DNA of 64,000 bases from Malacoraja senta (taxonomy: Eukaryota), in contig CM075989.1 in assembly GCA_038087875.1 (NCBI GenBank), positions 22,756,001 through 22,820,000 on the forward strand, read 5' to 3'. The notes under the pieces were generated by a model that worked only from the letters and a program-made list of their open reading frames with translations, was not told the DNA's origin and searched no databases. Below, in pieces: positions 61,341-64,000 of the stretch (position 1 is the stretch's first letter; each line of letters begins with the position of its first letter). The position numbers and the translations under genes are program-made.

Positions 61341-61740
61341 CAAAGATCCTATAGCAAGCAAGATAGATCACTCGACGAAAAAGACGTAGTACGGTCATGG
61401 GCAGATTTATGGGTAATTTTCGGCCCCATTTCCGTAACTGGCTTCCGTCTCCGCACCAAAGATCCCATAGCGGAGCAAAGATAACTAGTGCGGAGACGGA
61501 AGCCGGTTACGGAAACATCCTCGTAAAAATAAAAGTTCTTTGGTAAAAATCTTCTCCTCATTTTCAGAATTATAATTTATTAACACAAACTGTTCCCCCG
61601 CAACGTTGATTACACTGCGAGTCGGGTCGGGTTACGGAAATGGATGAAAAAAAGGCCCACGTTCCGCTCCGTTGCGTACTACATGTCAGCCCATTGCATT
61701 TAGAAGGAGAGGTCTATCTTGCTCCGCTATAGGATCTTTG
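61341..61740. mobile_element. MITE, possibly hAT superfamily
   Basis: TIR CAAAGATCCTATAGC..AGCAAGATAGA / TCTATCTTGCTCCGCTATAGGATCTTTG; flanks GTTGAGGC and GTTGGGGGC (imperfect ~8-bp TSD); internal TIR copy at ~61457. Confidence 0.8.
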
Positions 61741-63154
61741 GTTGGGGGCAGGGACAATCGCAATGTTTAAGAAACATTTGGACAGGTACATGGATAGGAC
61801 AGGTTTTAGAAGGATATAGGCCACACACAGGCAGGTGGGACTTGTGTAGATGGGGCATGATGGTCGGCGTGGGCAAGTTGGGCTGAAGGACCTGTTTCCA
61901 CGCTGTAAGACTCTATGACTCTCTCTCTGTGACTCTAAAAACGGCTCGTTGTATGTGGAGCAGTTCACATCTGAGCCACACCGGAAGGTACAAGTGAAAT
62001 ACAAATCTTCAAGAACCTTTTTTACGAGGAAATATTTATCCGTAACTTCATCAACATTCTACTTACGCCATAGCGCATTTTTGGTTTAAGTGTGGGCCAA
62101 TCAAAGCAGGAAAAGATTCTCCCACTTTCGTTGTATATACCTCTCAGCTTAATACAGTAGGGCAGCATCGATCGATGAGCACTGTTTCGCACCATCAATG
62201 TATCCGTGGGATATTTACACTCAGCCCCCTGAACCACACTGTGGCTGAAAATGATAGAGTTGATGCTTTTATCAATCTGCTCTCATCTTTGTTCGATAGA
62301 ATGTGTCCAGAAAGGCAAAAGGCCCCTTTATACCTTGTCAGACGACATCCATGAGAATTAGAAAGAGTAGTTGCAGCGCCTTTAATCTTTCAAGCCTCCC
62401 CCACTTTTCAATAAGGCATTGGCTGACGCTACACCTTGTCCACCTACCCACCTGTCTCCATATCACTTGGTCCACTCAGCGTCCAAAGATCTCAATGTTT
62501 GAACATCCACAGTTCTTTTCACTCTACCTTGGCGTACGTGACAATAACCATATAACCATATAACCATATAACCATAACAGCACGGAAACAGGCCATCTCG
62601 GCCCTTCAAGTCCGTGCCGAACATCAATTCAACTGCGGGCAGTGGGAAGGAGTTGAGTCCCACAAATTAATCACCCTCTCAGTAAAGGGAATTCTCAGTA
62701 TTCCAGTGGTGGAGGCAGATACAACAGTGGTGTTTAAGAGGCTTTAGGATAGATGCATGGAAGTGCTAGGAAGAGAGGAATATGGATCATGATGAGGTCA
62801 GTTTAACTTGGCATCATGTTCGGCACCAACATAGTGGGCTGAAGTTCCTGTACTGTTCTGTTCAATGGTCCATGTACCATCAAGTCTACTCCACCATTCA
62901 ATCATGGCTGATACATCTTGTCCACTCAACCCCATTCTCCTGCCTTCACCCCATATCCCCTGCCACCCGGACTAATCAAGATCTCCACCTTTAAATTACC
63001 CATTGACTTGGCCACCACAGCCGTCTGTGGCAACGAATCCCACAGATTCACCACCCTCTGATTTTGGTCTCTTCACCAAGCCGCGAATGTGATGGAGTGA
63101 AAAATGACGGCGGCTCATTCTCTGGAGAATGCACCTCGTTTAATGCAGGAAAAT

Positions 63155-63350
63155 AGAACAATAGAAAATAGGTGCAGGAGTAGGCCATTCAGCCCTTCGA
63201 GCCAGCACCGCCATTGAATATGATCATGGCTGATCATCTAAAATCAGTACCCCGTTCCTGCTTTCTCCCCATATCCCTTGATTCCTTTAGCCTGAAGAGC
63301 TCTATCTAACTCTCTCTTGAAAACATCCAGTGAATTGGCCTCCTCTGTGG
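63155..63350 (-). mobile_element. CR1 3' end
   Basis: Same UTR as the other CR1 copies; another copy at 63828-63975. Confidence 0.85.
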
Positions 63351-63682
63351 CAAAACATGGGTGTCTCATCAGATGACCAGCCAGCCTCAAAAGACACCCC
63401 AATCGTCCAGTGAGTCAAGAAAGAAGCGCAGACAGGACAAAAAAAATCATAATATTGCAAGACACCCCAAGATGATCCAGATGATATCCGAATGACTTCA
63501 AAATATTGCACATATTGCCATCAAACTTGCTTTGCAAATGTCACTTTTGTTTTTAAACCTTGACTGATCAGATGGACGGTCGTACCCACAGCACATTGGG
63601 AAGTGGACAATCTGAAGTGGGGACTGTTGACGTTGGTCTCAGCCACACGATCAAAGCAGCAACAAGCCGTCCTCTCCACCAG

Positions 63683-63751
63683 CTACGACGAGCCTTTCTT
63701 CTTCCTTACGGCAGCGAGTCCATTGCTTAGTCTCAGCTCTGCCTGTTGTAC
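63683..63751 (-). CDS. Candidate terminal coding exon of an unidentified host gene (VQQAELRLSNGLAAVRKKKGSS*)
   Basis: Acceptor GTGCTGTTTGTTTTAACAG|G, 22 codons then TAG, followed by non-repetitive UTR-like sequence. Confidence 0.45.
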   Translation of the reverse strand, partial: VQQAELRLSNGLAAVRKKKGSS

Positions 63752-64000
63752 CTGTTAAAACAAACAGCACGTCAGGCTCCAGCTAATTCACCCCCACAGA
63801 AAGGACCAGTCTCACCCCGGTCACTCAATAGACAATAGACAATAGGTGCAGGAGTAGGCCATTCGGCCCTTCGAACCAGCACTGCCATTCAATGTGATCA
63901 TGGCTGATCATCCCCAATCAGTATCCCATTCCTGCCTTCTCCCCATATCCCCAGACTCCGCTATTTTTAAGAGCCGGAAGGTCGTTAGTGACAGGAGCAG

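Larger units (their letters stand above)
59748..61935 (+). mobile_element. Older CR1-clade 3' fragment hosting two later insertions
   Basis: LSKLGLYSLEHRRMRGDLTEVYK...ELPEEV stops at 60000, resumes briefly at 61328-61340 and again from 61741. Confidence 0.8.

Overview
Repeat-dense eukaryotic DNA, almost certainly from a cartilaginous fish and probably a skate or ray. This is inferred from about 20 copies of an HE1-type tRNA/V-domain SINE and its CR1-clade partner LINEs. No multi-exon host gene is visible; the only candidate is a short minus-strand terminal exon at 63683-63751. The rest is nested transposon debris separated by repeat-free, TAAT-rich tracts that resemble conserved non-coding elements. 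The debris includes CR1 LINEs (one young 1.3-kb copy with an open RT frame), Rex1/Babar-like LINE ends, an RTE-like 5' UTR, a Tx1-like end, seven PIF/Harbinger-type MITEs, one hAT-like MITE, microsatellites and a 200-N gap. Two retroelement families appear to carry self-cleaving RNA. (1) A ~140-bp SINE whose first 54 nt fold into a minimal HDV-like ribozyme; in one copy the target-site duplication abuts the predicted cleavage site. (2) A very abundant short, often palindromic element carrying a minimal type-I hammerhead core. It links directly to Penelope-like GIY-YIG remnants in the window, and a 66-bp tandem variant could supply the missing hammerhead partner strand. All folds are by eye; no activity or database result is claimed.
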